Source of the DNA: the human T2T-CHM13v2.0 reference genome, Homo sapiens
NCBI RefSeq assembly: GCF_009914755.1
Contig: NC_060938.1
Reading direction: 5' to 3' (one strand)
DNA length: 64,000 bases
Translations under genes and position numbers: made by a program
In this document: positions 1 to 11,553 of the stretch, in pieces
Position numbering within the stretch: the stretch's first letter is position 1
Layout: every line of letters begins with the position of its first letter
The notes under the pieces: generated by a model
What the model saw: the letters and a program-made list of their open reading frames with translations, nothing else
Told to the model about the DNA's origin: nothing
Database searches by the model: none

Positions 1-502
1 TCTGGCTTTATTATCCTCATGAATGGTCTCCTTGTTTTATTACTGCTTCTCTCACAGGGATCCTTCCTCAAGAAGGTTTGTGGCTTTTCCGCCCCATCAT
101 TTCTCCCTTTTTAGTGGCTTAGCATATTTTCTACAGTCCTTATTTTTTTCACTTTTTTGCAAGGCTGTCTCTTACACTCCGCTTTATTTGCTTGTTATAG
201 ATAGTCTGGGTAAGGACAGTTTGAGAGATACCACACCCATGTGCTTCACTTATTTTGATTCTGAATTTTCTTACAGCTACGTCCCAATTCTGTTAATGCT
301 ATTGATCTAAAGTGATGTCATGTGTGTACTGAGTTTTAGAAGGCAAAAAAATACATAAAAATTGAAACTCTTTGCAAAAAAAAAAGTGGAAAAGGTAAAG
401 GGAGAATAGTTTTGATGGGGGTACTGACACTGTCTTCAGATAGTGGAAATCATTACATTCTCCCCTCAGTTTATGTAATGGACAAGTTTGTAAAAGATTA
501 TA

Positions 503-639
503 GAGATATACCTAATGCTAAATGACGAGTTAATGGGTGCGGGACACCAACATGGCACATGTATACATATGTAGCAAACCTGCACATTGTGCACATGTAC
601 CCTAAAACTTAAAGTATAATAATAATAACATTAAAAAAA
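503..639 (+). mobile_element. Heavily 5'-truncated young L1PA 3' end
   Basis: gagatatacctaatgctaaatgacgagttaatgggtgc...cctaaaacttaaagtataataa plus an A tail. Flanking target-site duplication (TSD) agattat(a/g)gaga. Confidence 0.9.
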
Positions 640-914
640 GAGATTATGGAGAGTATAATTTTATAGATTCTGTAGTTTTTTTAAATTAATTTTAGAGACA
701 TTTTAAGATCTGATTAATCTCCAGTTGTCAAAGGTCTCTGACACTCTTCCCATTTTAGTTAAGTATACAAAGTCTATAAACGAGTCTCTTAAGTAGCTCT
801 GAATCTTTGGGGCTCTGGCTTTTTTTTTCTTTTTACAAAGCAAATAAACAGGGTAGTTTTATATGTTCTGTAAGCTGTAAGTTGAGTTTTAAAAGGCTTA
901 TCCTTCCATTGTTC

Positions 915-1200
915 TTTTTTTTTTTTTTCTTTTTTTGAAACAGGGTCTCACTCTGTCATCCAGGTGGAAATGTAGTGGTGTGATCATGGCTGACTGCAGC
1001 CGTGATCCTCCTACCTCAGCCTTCCAAGAAGTTAGGACCACGGGTGCGTGCCACCATGCCCAGCTAATTTTTGTGTGTTTTGTAGAGACATGGTTTTGCC
1101 ACGTTGGCCCAGGCTGGTCTCAAACTCCTGGCTCAAGTGATCTGCACATCTTGGCCTCCCAAAGTGCTGGAATTACAGGCATGAAACACCACACCCAGCC
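915..1200 (-). mobile_element. Alu (AluJ-like)
   Basis: Poly-T followed by reverse-complement Alu dimer. tgttctt TSD. Confidence 0.9.
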
Positions 1201-1366
1201 TGTTCTTCTTTAATGTAAACAAACACATATATGGGTATCCATTCTTGTGAGATAAACAGTAGCATATATATTTAATTTTCTCTACCTTGCTTTTTTTTCA
1301 TTTACTAATATATTCTGAAGATCATTTCATAATAGTGTGTGCAGATACTCTGATATACCTCAATTC

Positions 1367-1465
1367 TTTTTTTTTTTTTTTTTTTTTTAAGAGACAGAGT
1401 CTCACTGTGTCAGCCAGGTTGTAGTGCAGTGGCACGATCTCGGCTCACTGTAACCTCCGCCTTCC
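1367..1465 (-). mobile_element. Truncated Alu right-arm fragment
   Basis: Poly-T followed by gagacagagtctcactgtgtc...ctcggctcactgtaacctccgcc. Confidence 0.85.
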
Positions 1466-3208
1466 TATTCACTTTTAATAGCTTCTTAGTACTTTATTGT
1501 AGAGTACTATATTTATTCATTTAATCCGCATTGATGAACATTTGGGTTTATTCCAGCATTTTGCTATGATAACTAGTGCTATAATGAGTAGCCTTATACA
1601 TATATCTTTTCACATTTTTGCTAGTAATACAATAATAAATAATCATTTTGTGTTTCTTGTTTTTTCTTTTTCAATGTTTTAAAATATGCATTTTCTATTT
1701 TTTCCTTTCGTATCTACCTCCAGCTTTTTTCTTCTGCCTCATGTTATGTGGTTCTACAGTGACAAAGGGAAAAATATGTGTGATTTTGTATGTGTGTGTA
1801 TATGTGTGTATATGTATTTGTGTATGTATAAATAAAATGTTTTCCTTCAGCTATTTAATATCAAATGGAATTTTTCATTCTTGAGTTAATACCTGATGAT
1901 TGGAATCATAAAAATTTGAAATCAAAGCCTGCTCCAATTAACCTATGCAAAGTTCCTACCAATTAAAATTTTTCCTTAAGTATGATTAGAAATGGCCATG
2001 TATCAATGCTACTCAGACTCTCAGACTGTGTGTACATACTACTAAATACTGAGAGTAAAATTGGAAAAATCAGTTTTTGGTATCCTGTGGAGCATCTGCT
2101 TGTATTTGTGTATCTTCTTCTAACATATACTCTTGATCACATTTTAAAAAATAGGTAATATATCAATCAGAATTCTTATTAGCAAGCAACAGAAACAACT
2201 TCAATAAAAGGATATTGGGTAGCTTACAGAATTGCTGGCAGGTTTGGAGAGCCAAAATCAGATGCCAAGGCTGTTGAGCCAGGAACAATGACCAAAACCA
2301 GGCCCTTTTTATCTAGTCAGTGTATCAGTGCCAAGGAGTACTACACGTTACAGTTTGCGCTGCTACAGTTTGCACCCCCAGCAGTATGAAAGGCTGGATG
2401 TTGCTACCCTTGAATGTGATATTGCTACAAATACCACTAGGAGGGGGAAATCACATAGGTGACACAAAGTAAGTCCTATACAAGTGTTAAATAAAACTGT
2501 ATAATTTCACATCTACTTACAATTTGTATATCCATTTAATCAGGTCTACTCAAATTGTTATATCTTCTTAAGTTGAAAGTGAACAACTGAATTAAGATAC
2601 CACTATTAAACTCTTTATGTTTTGGAATCCCCACTCTTTTCCTCAGGATATTTTGCATATTACCTGGGACATTAAGTCTGTGACAAGCCTGTATGTTAAT
2701 GTTGTCAATGTATACATTAATGTTAGTAAAGCTCAGTTTCTTTTTAATATTTTTCTTACAACAGCGATCATGTTGTGGAGCCTATAGGTTGTACATATCC
2801 CCTTTAGAGGACAGCTGTATTCTGCTGCACTGTTTCTTGTCGTTAGGATCATATACACTATGAGAGTGGTAGGTTATCAATAGTGAACTGTATTTTAGTT
2901 TTAAAAATCTAGATGGGAAATGTCTTAGAGTCGCCAAAAAAGAAAATTAACAGTTTCTAAGCTTTAATAGATAAATAGTAAGAAATAGTTTTTTGATAGC
3001 TCTCAAAAAATGTGTAGACATTGAGCTTTTATATCTCTTGTTACAGAGGCCAGTTCCTTCGTTTATAGGAGGCATACCCTTTAACAAGTTCTTTTAACTG
3101 CCATCATCCTGGCCAGCATCCAAAAGGAAGCTTTTGTTACTCACCCTGTATGATTGTATTAGAAGTTACATTAAATCACTTTCATTCTTTCTCCTTTGTT
3201 TTTTACAG

Positions 3209-3386
3209 CTGGCATAACCTTGACAACAGATTGCCTTGAAGATAGCCTCCTTACATGCTACTGGGGGTGCAGTGTTCAAAAATTATATGAAGCTCTGCAG
3301 AAGCATGTTTATTGCTTCAGAATAAGCACTCCCCAAGCATTAGAAGATGCTCTGTATAGTGAATATCTCTATCAGGAACAGTATTT
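3209..3386 (+). CDS. CGRRF1: CGRRF1 internal coding exon (probably exon 3), 178 nt
   Basis: Polypyrimidine tract and ttttacAG acceptor ending at 3208. Translates to GITLTTDCLEDSLLTCYWGCSVQKLYEALQKHVYCFRISTPQALEDALYSEYLYQEQY(F), which I recognise as CGRRF1. Ends in phase 2 at a GTATCCTTT donor (3387). Confidence 0.95.
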
Positions 3387-4009
3387 GTATCCTTTCGTCT
3401 GATATACCCATTAGCACTGAAAATTAGACTTCTTATGGATAAAGTGTTGCTAACTTATTGATCATTCTTGGTATACTAGAAGCATGTTTATTGCTTCAGA
3501 ATAAGCACTCCTCAAGCATTAGAAGATGCTCTGTGGAGTGAATATCTCTATCAGGAACAGTATTTGTATCCTTTCATCTGATATACCCATTAGCACTGAA
3601 AATTAGACTTCTTATGGATAAAGTGTTGCTAACTTATTGATCATTTTTGGTATACTAGAAGCATGTTTATTGCTTCAGAATAAGCACTCCCCAAGCATTA
3701 GAAGATGCTCTGTGGAGTGAATATCTCTATCAGGAACAGTATTTGTATCCTTTCATCTGATATACCCATTAGCACTGAAAATTAGACTTCTTACGGATAA
3801 AGTGTTGCTAACTTATTGATCATTTTTGGTATACTAGAAGCATGTTTATTGCTTCAGAATAAGCACTCCTCAAGCATTAGAAGATGCTCTGTGGAGTGAA
3901 TGTCTCTATCAGGAACAGTATTTGTATCCTTTTATCTGATATACCCATTAGCACTGAAAATTAGACTTCTTATGGATAAAGTGTTGCTAACTTATTGATC
4001 ATTTTTGGT
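3299..4009 (+). repeat. Tandem repeat with a 179-bp unit, about 4 copies, made of the exon 3' end, the U12 donor and the intron start
   Basis: Units start with AGAAGCATGTTTATTGC at 3299, 3478, 3657 and 3836 and differ by only a few substitutions. Confidence 0.97.
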
Positions 4010-4062
4010 GTATTTTTGTTCTTATGGTTATAGTGGCAATTTACCTTTACATTTTCAAAAAG
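3387..4062 (+). other. CGRRF1: U12-type (minor spliceosome) GT-AG intron of CGRRF1, 676 nt
   Basis: 5' splice site GTATCCTTT matches the U12 consensus RTATCCTTT. Branch-site-like TACCTTTAC (4042-4050; 7/9 match to TTCCTTAAC) has its A 13 nt before the intron end. There is no polypyrimidine tract (caaaaAG). Joining TT|T restores EQYF-IKKDSKEE. Confidence 0.9.
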
Positions 4063-4210
4063 TATTAAAAAGGATAGCAAAGAAGAAATATATTGCCAGT
4101 TACCAAGAGATACTAAAATTGAAGACTTTGGTACAGTACCCAGATCTCGCTATCCATTGGTAGCGCTATTGACCTTAGCTGATGAGGATGACCGGGAAAT
4201 TTATGATATT
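4063..4210 (+). CDS. CGRRF1: CGRRF1 internal coding exon (probably exon 4), 148 nt
   Basis: Translates to IKKDSKEEIYCQLPRDTKIEDFGTVPRSRYPLVALLTLADEDDREIYDI. GTAAGT donor at 4211, phase 0. Confidence 0.95.
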
Positions 4211-4338
4211 GTAAGTAATTGAAAATTTTGAAAGCATTACCTTTAAGTGATTTGAATGGTGGTTCTTCATTATTTGATAAATAGAAAAAGTTTTATTTTA
4301 ATTTCTGAGGATGTGCATTTGGCCTACAACAACTATAT

Positions 4339-4625
4339 ACCTATTTGGTTTTTATATGTGAAACAGTACCTTCAGATTATGACTCATTTCTTGCCTTATG
4401 GGTCACAGTAATATGACTTTATTTGGAAAATAAAAGATATATAATGGTTGAATTAAGTTAGTTTCATCATTAACACCTATTTGGTTGTATACACCTATTT
4501 AGTTTTTATATGTGTAACAGTACCTTCAGAGTATGACTCATTTTTTGCCTTATGGATCACAGTAATATGACTTTATTTGGGAAATAAAAGATATATAATG
4601 GTTGAATTAAGTTAATTTCATCATT
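4339..4625 (+). repeat. Tandem duplication of 133 bp (4339-4471 and 4493-4625)
   Basis: Direct comparison shows about 7 mismatches. The spacer contains a third, partial start (acctatttggtt). Confidence 0.93.
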
Positions 4626-5489
4626 CTGTATTCTGTCATATTTGCTGTATAGAAACAGTCTGTTGGGAAGCATGTTTATTCTGAACATGTTTAGCAGTGA
4701 ATAAATAAGCACAATAATGATCGAAAGTGCTCAATTTTAAGATAGTATCCACTCTTTTTTTGCCTGCTTGCAGTCACCTTGTTTCCATCAAAGTCCCTGC
4801 TGCACCTATATCTTATATGTCTGGTCCCTGTATTTTCAGTAATTATAATAATCTCCTTTCCTCATTATGTGCTAATTATTTTTTCAGTCTGATAGTTGAT
4901 TCCTATTAGGAAGTTAAAAGTATCTTAGAGATCTAAGAGGACTGAAACTTTGACAATCATCTGAGTATAATAGAAACTTAGACATGAAATAAACTTTTGA
5001 TGAAATTGTATCATGGTAAAAATGTCCTTACACACAATTGACTACTTTTCTGAAGTATTTAATATAGATTATTCATTAATAAACATATGGTAACATTGTT
5101 TTGTGATATTCATAATATGCAAAGTACGTTCACAAACATGAACTTATTTTTTTCTTCTAACAACCTGGTTTCTTAGGACAGGGCAAATATTCTCCTTTCA
5201 CAGACTGAAACAGAGTCAAGAAAAATCCCAGTCATTCAGGCAGTAAGAGATGGAACAAGAGCTTGACTCTGAGCTTTTTGTGTGTGTTTGTTTGTTTTTG
5301 TTTTTTGAGTTTATTTTTTTTAGCAGGAATATCTTCCTGCAACAAGTGTACATTGAGCTTTGGAAGGTAAAGACTCTTTGGGAAATCTAGACCCTTCTTA
5401 CTCATTTGCAGTTAAGCACCTAGGTTTTTGGTTTTTAATATTTTCAAACTGAAGTTCCATTGAGCTGAGGTCAGCTTATTTTTTCCAAG

Positions 5490-5775
5490 TCATGGGGAGC
5501 AGAGGGGAAGGAAATGGGGATATGTAGGTCACTAGAGACAAAGTTACAGATACATAAAATGAACAGGTCTAGAGATCTAATGTACAGCATAAAGACTATA
5601 GTTAATGTGGTATTGCTTTTGGGATTTTTGGTGCTCTTGCCACATGCAAAAAAAGTGGAAGTAACTGTGTAAGATGATGCGTAATTTGCATTATAATAGT
5701 AACCATTTCACTAGGTATATATATATCAAAACATCCTGTTGTACACCTTAAATATATACAATAAAAATACAAAAT
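5490..5775 (+). mobile_element. Old L1M (L1MA-like) 3' end fragment
   Basis: ...ctagagatctaatgtacagcat...tgtacaccttaaatatatacaataaaaa resembles an L1MA 3'UTR. Confidence 0.7.
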
Positions 5776-7276
5776 ACAAAAGTCATACCAGCAGTAGTGT
5801 ATTTCCAGAACCTAGTACAGTGCCTAGGATATAATAGGGGTTCAATAAAGATTTGATAAGTAAAAAAAAAAAAAAAAAGTCATACTAGACAATGTTAATG
5901 AGCCTCATAGAGCTTGACAGCGAAACACCTTAGCTGTACATCCCATGCACCTTAGCGTGCATGAGAGGCCTTCTGGCTTCCTCCCTCCTTTCTCTCAGTT
6001 TCAGTTAGAGATAAATAAAACCTGTTAAATTGGTGTCTCCTATTTCTAGCTTCTTTGTTCTTGACCCTGTGTACTTGGGCAAGGAAGCCCTTCTGCCCCC
6101 ACTGTGTGCCCCATCTCTGCTGAGTTTCTTGGGTTCTGTTCTCCTTTTTCCTTTGGTTCAGCACAAAAGGATCAGATCGCAGTCATTTTCCCTCCCAGCT
6201 TCCCCATTGCATTCCTTTTCCCTTCACTGATAGTGCTCTCTAGGTGCTCAGGGTCTTTTTTTTTTTCTAACTTTCTTCCCCTGTCCAAACAGGGAGTGAT
6301 TGTGTATCTGTGTGGTAAAATATATATATTTTATATATAAAGTTTACCATTTTAACCATTTTTGTGTGTGTGTTTTCAGTTCAGTGGCCTTTTAGGCCAG
6401 AGAAGAGTTTGCTCTCAGGTCCCTGATCACACTGGATGAAGACTGTGTGGCCCAGCTGTAGTTGTGGGAGGCTTGTTCCCATAGGGAAGCCTGAGTGTCT
6501 CCCAAGGGTTAACAGCCATCTTCTCTTGTGCTTTGTGTATGTCTCTGTGTCTGGGTCCTTTTGAATGTCTTTTATTCTCATCTGTGGGCTCCCTCCTTTT
6601 TTCCTGTTAATCCTTGCTTCTCGTCTTATTTCTTAGATTGGGGGTAATATTGGCACTCAAATATATTTATTAGTGTATTTTGTATTAATGTTCTCTGTTT
6701 ATAATTTTAAAAGCAAATGGACCATTTCCTATTTCTTTTTCATATGTGTTTTTTCAGTATTGTATGTGCGTGTCAGGGACTATATTTTTTTAAAAAATTT
6801 ATTAATAAAATCATTTTTATTTTAACAGCAAAGAATTATATTTAGGTAGTACAGTTAGGAACCACTTTGTTGTTTTAGATTAAAAAAAGGAAAGCAGGAA
6901 TTGTTACTACAAAATTTTGACTTTAAAATTTTTTCATTTTTAGTTAATTACATTGGCTTTTTTTCAGTATTATTCAAATAATACATTTGTGGCAGGAAAA
7001 AAAATTAGAAAGTGTAGATAAGCCAAAAGGAGAGAAGTATAATAATCTGTATTCTATCATCCAAAAATAATCACTGTGAATATTTGTCTGTATCTTTCCA
7101 AATCTTTATATATGTAATTAAAAAAGGGATAAAATTATACATTTTATACTATTTTGTGACCTGCTTTCACTTAGTAGTATATTCAAACATTTTTTCCATA
7201 TCAAATATTTACCCACAACTACATATATAACTAGTATGATAATAGCTTCAGAGACTTTTAATATTAAATCAAATGA

Positions 7277-7580
<304 letters not shown>

Positions 7581-7859
7581 AGGACAAAATTGTTAGTATG
7601 AAGTGATAACTACTATTTTCTACTAACCCCATCATTTTGATTTAGTATTAAAAGCCTCTGGTGCCATTACTAAATTAATAAATCTTTATAAACTTGTAAA
7701 GAATATTGTGTTTTTGCAACTAATGTAGGGTTTTAAAACTTTTTATTTGTACATAATTTCAAAAAGTTGCAAAAATAAAAAAGTAAAAGATCACCCATAT
7801 ACCCTGCACCTGGATCTCCTATTGTTAGCATTTCTGTCCTTTGCATTATTGTTCTCCCA

Positions 7860-8178
7860 TTTATGTATGTATGTGTGTATTGATTGATTGGTTGAGATAG
7901 GATCTTGCTCTATCACCAGGCTGGAATATAGTGGCACAGTCATGGCTCACTGCAGCCTCAACTTCCTGAGCTCAAGTGATCCTTCTGCCTCAGCCTCCTG
8001 AGTAACCGGGCCAACAGGAATGTACCACTGTGCCCAGCTAAGTTAAAAAAAATTTTTTTCTAAAGACAGGATCTTACTGTGTTGCCCTGGCTGGTCTCAA
8101 ACTCCTGAGCTCAAGCAGTACTCCCACTGTGATCTCCCAAAGGGCTGAGATTACAGGCGTGAGCCACCACACCCAGCC
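7860..8178 (-). mobile_element. Alu (AluJ-like) inserted in an old L1MC-like fragment (about 7730-9090)
   Basis: Diverged Alu dimer. The flanks resemble an L1MC 3' end. Confidence 0.8.
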
Positions 8179-8518
8179 TACCCATATGTTTATACATACA
8201 CATATATATGATCGTATATATATTTTAAATCAATGATTTGAGAATAAGTTGCATACGTGATGATTCTTTACCCCTAAATGCTTCAGTGTGTATTTCCTAA
8301 AAATAAGGATGCTTTCTTATATAACCACAGTATAGTCATCTGCTTTATAAATTTAACATTGATACAGTATTTTATCCAATTCACAACCAATTTTCTTCTC
8401 CAGTTCAGGTTCTAGTCTAGAGCCAGATTTTGTATTTGTCATGGATCTTTAGCTTCCTTTAGCCTGGAACATTTCCATACTCTGTCTTTTATGACATGAG
8501 CATTTTTGAAGGGTATAG

Positions 8519-8520
<2 letters not shown>

Positions 8521-8564
<44 letters not shown>
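8521..8564. repeat. (AC)22 microsatellite
   Basis: Perfect dinucleotide run. Confidence 0.98.
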
Positions 8565-8566
<2 letters not shown>

Positions 8567-9309
8567 TTTGTAAATTAAAACATTCTCATTTTGTTTGTCT
8601 GATTTTTCTTATGATCAGATCAAAGTTTTACATCTGCAGCCAGTGAGCTGCCCGGGTGATGTGTCCTTTTCAGAGTGCCACCTCTAGAAGCATGCAATGT
8701 TCTTTTCTCTAATTGGTCATGTTAATTTTGATCTCTTAGTCAAGGTGTTATCTAATTTCTCCACTCTTCTGTTCTTTTCTCCCCCTTGATCTGTGAGGAG
8801 GCACTGTAAGATCATGTAAATATCCTGCTTTTTATTAAAAAAAATTTTTTTGTCCTAGATTTAACATCCATTGATGATTCTTGCCAGATTTCATCTTTAC
8901 TGTGATGGTTGCAAAATTATTATTTTCCAACTGCAGCCCTCCCTCCAGTCGGTTCTTGGCATTCTACAACAAGCAAGAGACTTCCTGTCTCTCCCATTTG
9001 TTTGTTTGCTTATCTGTTGTCTCTATGGCCTCATGAATTTTTCCCCCAGTGTTTTATAATTCATGGCTGAATTTAATTATTTTGACGCTCAAACTGCCAT
9101 TTCCCTGCTTCCTGCCAAGACTGAGGGTTTGTAGTCAAACTGTGCCCACAGATTACTTGGATTAGTTCTCTCAAAAGTCAGAAAACCATATAAAGAAATA
9201 TACTCATGTTGTTTTCTTCCGTATCCCTTCCACGCCATTCCCACACACCCCAGTCTTTAGAGATAGTTGTTGTTTTCTGATTTTTCCTCCCTGTTTTTTA
9301 TTTTCTCTT

Positions 9310-10650
9310 TTTTCTTACACAAAAGATAGCACATACTCTATGCTACATATGCTGTTTTGTACTTTGCTCTTTTTCATTTCAGAAAATCTGGAAATCACTG
9401 CACACCAGTTTGCAGAGATTGTCTTCACTTTTTTTTTTTTTAATAGCTGCATGGCACTGCACTGTGTGTATGCTGTGCATATTCCATAGTTATTCTGCCA
9501 GTCTCCTGTGCTTGGACATTCAGGTGGTTTCCAGTATTCTGCAGTAACAAATAATCTTATGCTGAATAATTCATATATACATATCTTAATATTGTTGGAA
9601 TTGTATGGTTGAAGTGTAAATGCATGTTGTTTTGTTAGATATTGCCATTGGAATTGTACCTTTTTGGAAAAAAACATTTCCACCAACAATATATGAGAGT
9701 GTATTTCCACAGAGTGTATTGACAAGCTTCTGGATTTTTGTTACTTTGATGAGTGAATAATGGTGCAGTATTAATTTTAATTAAACATCTTTTAATATGG
9801 TCAAGGCTCATGTTTATATCTTTTTATGAATTGTCCGTTCATGTCTTTTGCCCATTTTTCTATAGGATTTTGGCCATTTTTCTTCAGTTTTTAAAAGTTC
9901 TTCATAAATTAGGAATATTAACCTTTAATTTGTGACACACCTTGTGAATATTTATTCTAGTTTGTCATGTGTTTTGACTTTGTTTATGGTGCTTTTTATC
10001 ATGTATATTTTTAATTCTTATATAGTCAAGTGTATTTCCTCTGGGTTTTGAGTTGTAGTTAATGTCTTTCCTTACACTGACACTAAAATGGAATTTGTTG
10101 ATTTTCTTCTAGTACTTGTACAGTTTTATTTTTTACATTTAGATCTCTTATGTTTCTGGAGTTGATTCTTATGTATGGTATGAGGAATGCATCTAATTAT
10201 ATATTTTTCCAATAGCTATCCAATTGTCCCAATACTGTTTATTAAAAAAACTCTTTGGTGATTTGACATCACACCTTTATTATATTTTTGTACATAATTA
10301 CGTCTGTTTCTGGACTGTTTATCCTGTTTCATCCATCTGTCTATTCATGTGCCAGTACCATACTGTTTTAATTTTAAAGGCTTTGTAGTCTGTTTTATTA
10401 TCTGATGGGGCTAGTCGCCCTCATAACTCTCTCTTTTCAGTATTTTTCTAGCTGTTCTTTTGTGTTCATTTTTCTATATGAGAATTTTAGAGTCAATGCA
10501 TGTAGCTCTCTAAGCAAAAGTGTTTTCTCTGGTCCCTTTACATCCAAGTTTCTTAAAAGACTGTTTAATACTGATTTTAATTCCTCTCCATTTCCTTCTT
10601 TAGTCCTCTCAAAGATTCCTTTGTCCATTGTGATAGCATTAAATTTGTAA
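9310..10650 (-). mobile_element. Ancient L1M (L1ME-like) fragment
   Basis: T-rich, degenerate antisense L1 ORF2/3'UTR motifs such as tatggtatgagg and gtgccagtaccatactgttt. Confidence 0.65.
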
Positions 10651-10891
10651 ATTTGAGTACAATTAAAATAACTCTGCCAAAAATATGTCAGTAACTGATT
10701 CCTCTGCAGTGATTATGATTTAATCAGATTGACGTAAATTTTCTAATTTATCAGCCTTTTATTTTTGAGAAGCATTTTTCTTTTTTTTTGGCAGAAGACA
10801 GTGTCTAGAAGCAGTTGAAAAGCATTTTTCATATATTTGTGAAATAATATAAAGATTTTAAGTACTGACCAGTGTTCAATTTTTATTTTAG

Positions 10892-10999
10892 ATTTCCATG
10901 GTGTCAGTGATTCATATTCCTGATAGGACTTATAAACTATCCTGCAGAATATTGTATCAATATTTACTCTTGGCTCAAGGTCAATTTCATGATCTTAAG
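10892..10999 (+). CDS. CGRRF1: CGRRF1 coding exon (probably exon 5), 108 nt
   Basis: Branch point TACTGAC at 10863 and ttttattttAG acceptor. Translates to ISMVSVIHIPDRTYKLSCRILYQYLLLAQGQFHDLK. AAG|GTAAGC donor. Confidence 0.95.
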
Positions 11000-11232
11000 G
11001 TAAGCCGTACTCTGTAGTCTTATCTCTGTCTCTTTTGTTTACAGAGTTTCAAAGAATGGCCATTTATGGAAAGGTGATTATATTTTTCAGTTAATAATTA
11101 CAGAAGATAACTAACTGTTCTTTGCAATTGAATTTGCTAGCTCATAAATTTTAAGCCGCTTCTTATGACCCCCAATTTTAAAGAGTAATTGTTATTTATA
11201 ATAATCTTTAAATTTATTTCTTTGATTTTCAG

Positions 11233-11553
11233 CAACTTTTCATGTCTGCAAATAATAATTTCACTCCCTCCAACAATTCCTCTTCAGAAGAAAAAAACAC
11301 AGACAGAAGTTTGTTGGAAAAGGTGGGACTCTCTGAAAGTGAAGTTGAGCCATCGGAAGAGAACAGCAAGGACTGTGTTGTTTGCCAGAATGGGACTGTG
11401 AACTGGGTACTCTTACCATGCAGACACACATGCCTGTGTGATGGCTGTGTGAAGTATTTTCAGCAGTGCCCAATGTGCAGGCAGTTTGTTCAGGAATCTT
11501 TTGCACTTTGCAGTCAAAAAGAGCAAGATAAAGACAAACCGAAGACTCTTTGA
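11233..11553 (+). CDS. CGRRF1: CGRRF1 last coding exon with a C-terminal C3HC4 RING finger (E3 ligase type)
   Basis: ttttcAG acceptor ending at 11232. Translates to QLFMSANNN...DCVVCQNGTVNWVLLPCRHTCLCDGCVKYFQQCPMCRQ...KPKTL-stop and is in frame with the previous exon. Confidence 0.96.
   Translation, partial: QLFMSANNNFTPSNNSSSEEKNTDRSLLEKVGLSESEVEPSEENSKDCVVCQNGTVNWVLLPCRHTCLCDGCVKYFQQCPMCRQFVQESFALCSQKEQDKDKPKTL

Noticed and set aside
3299-4009. 179-bp array as CRISPR, alpha satellite or a nucleosome-length satellite
   Set aside because: It has no unique spacers and no resemblance to alpha satellite. The unit clearly derives from the CGRRF1 exon-intron boundary.
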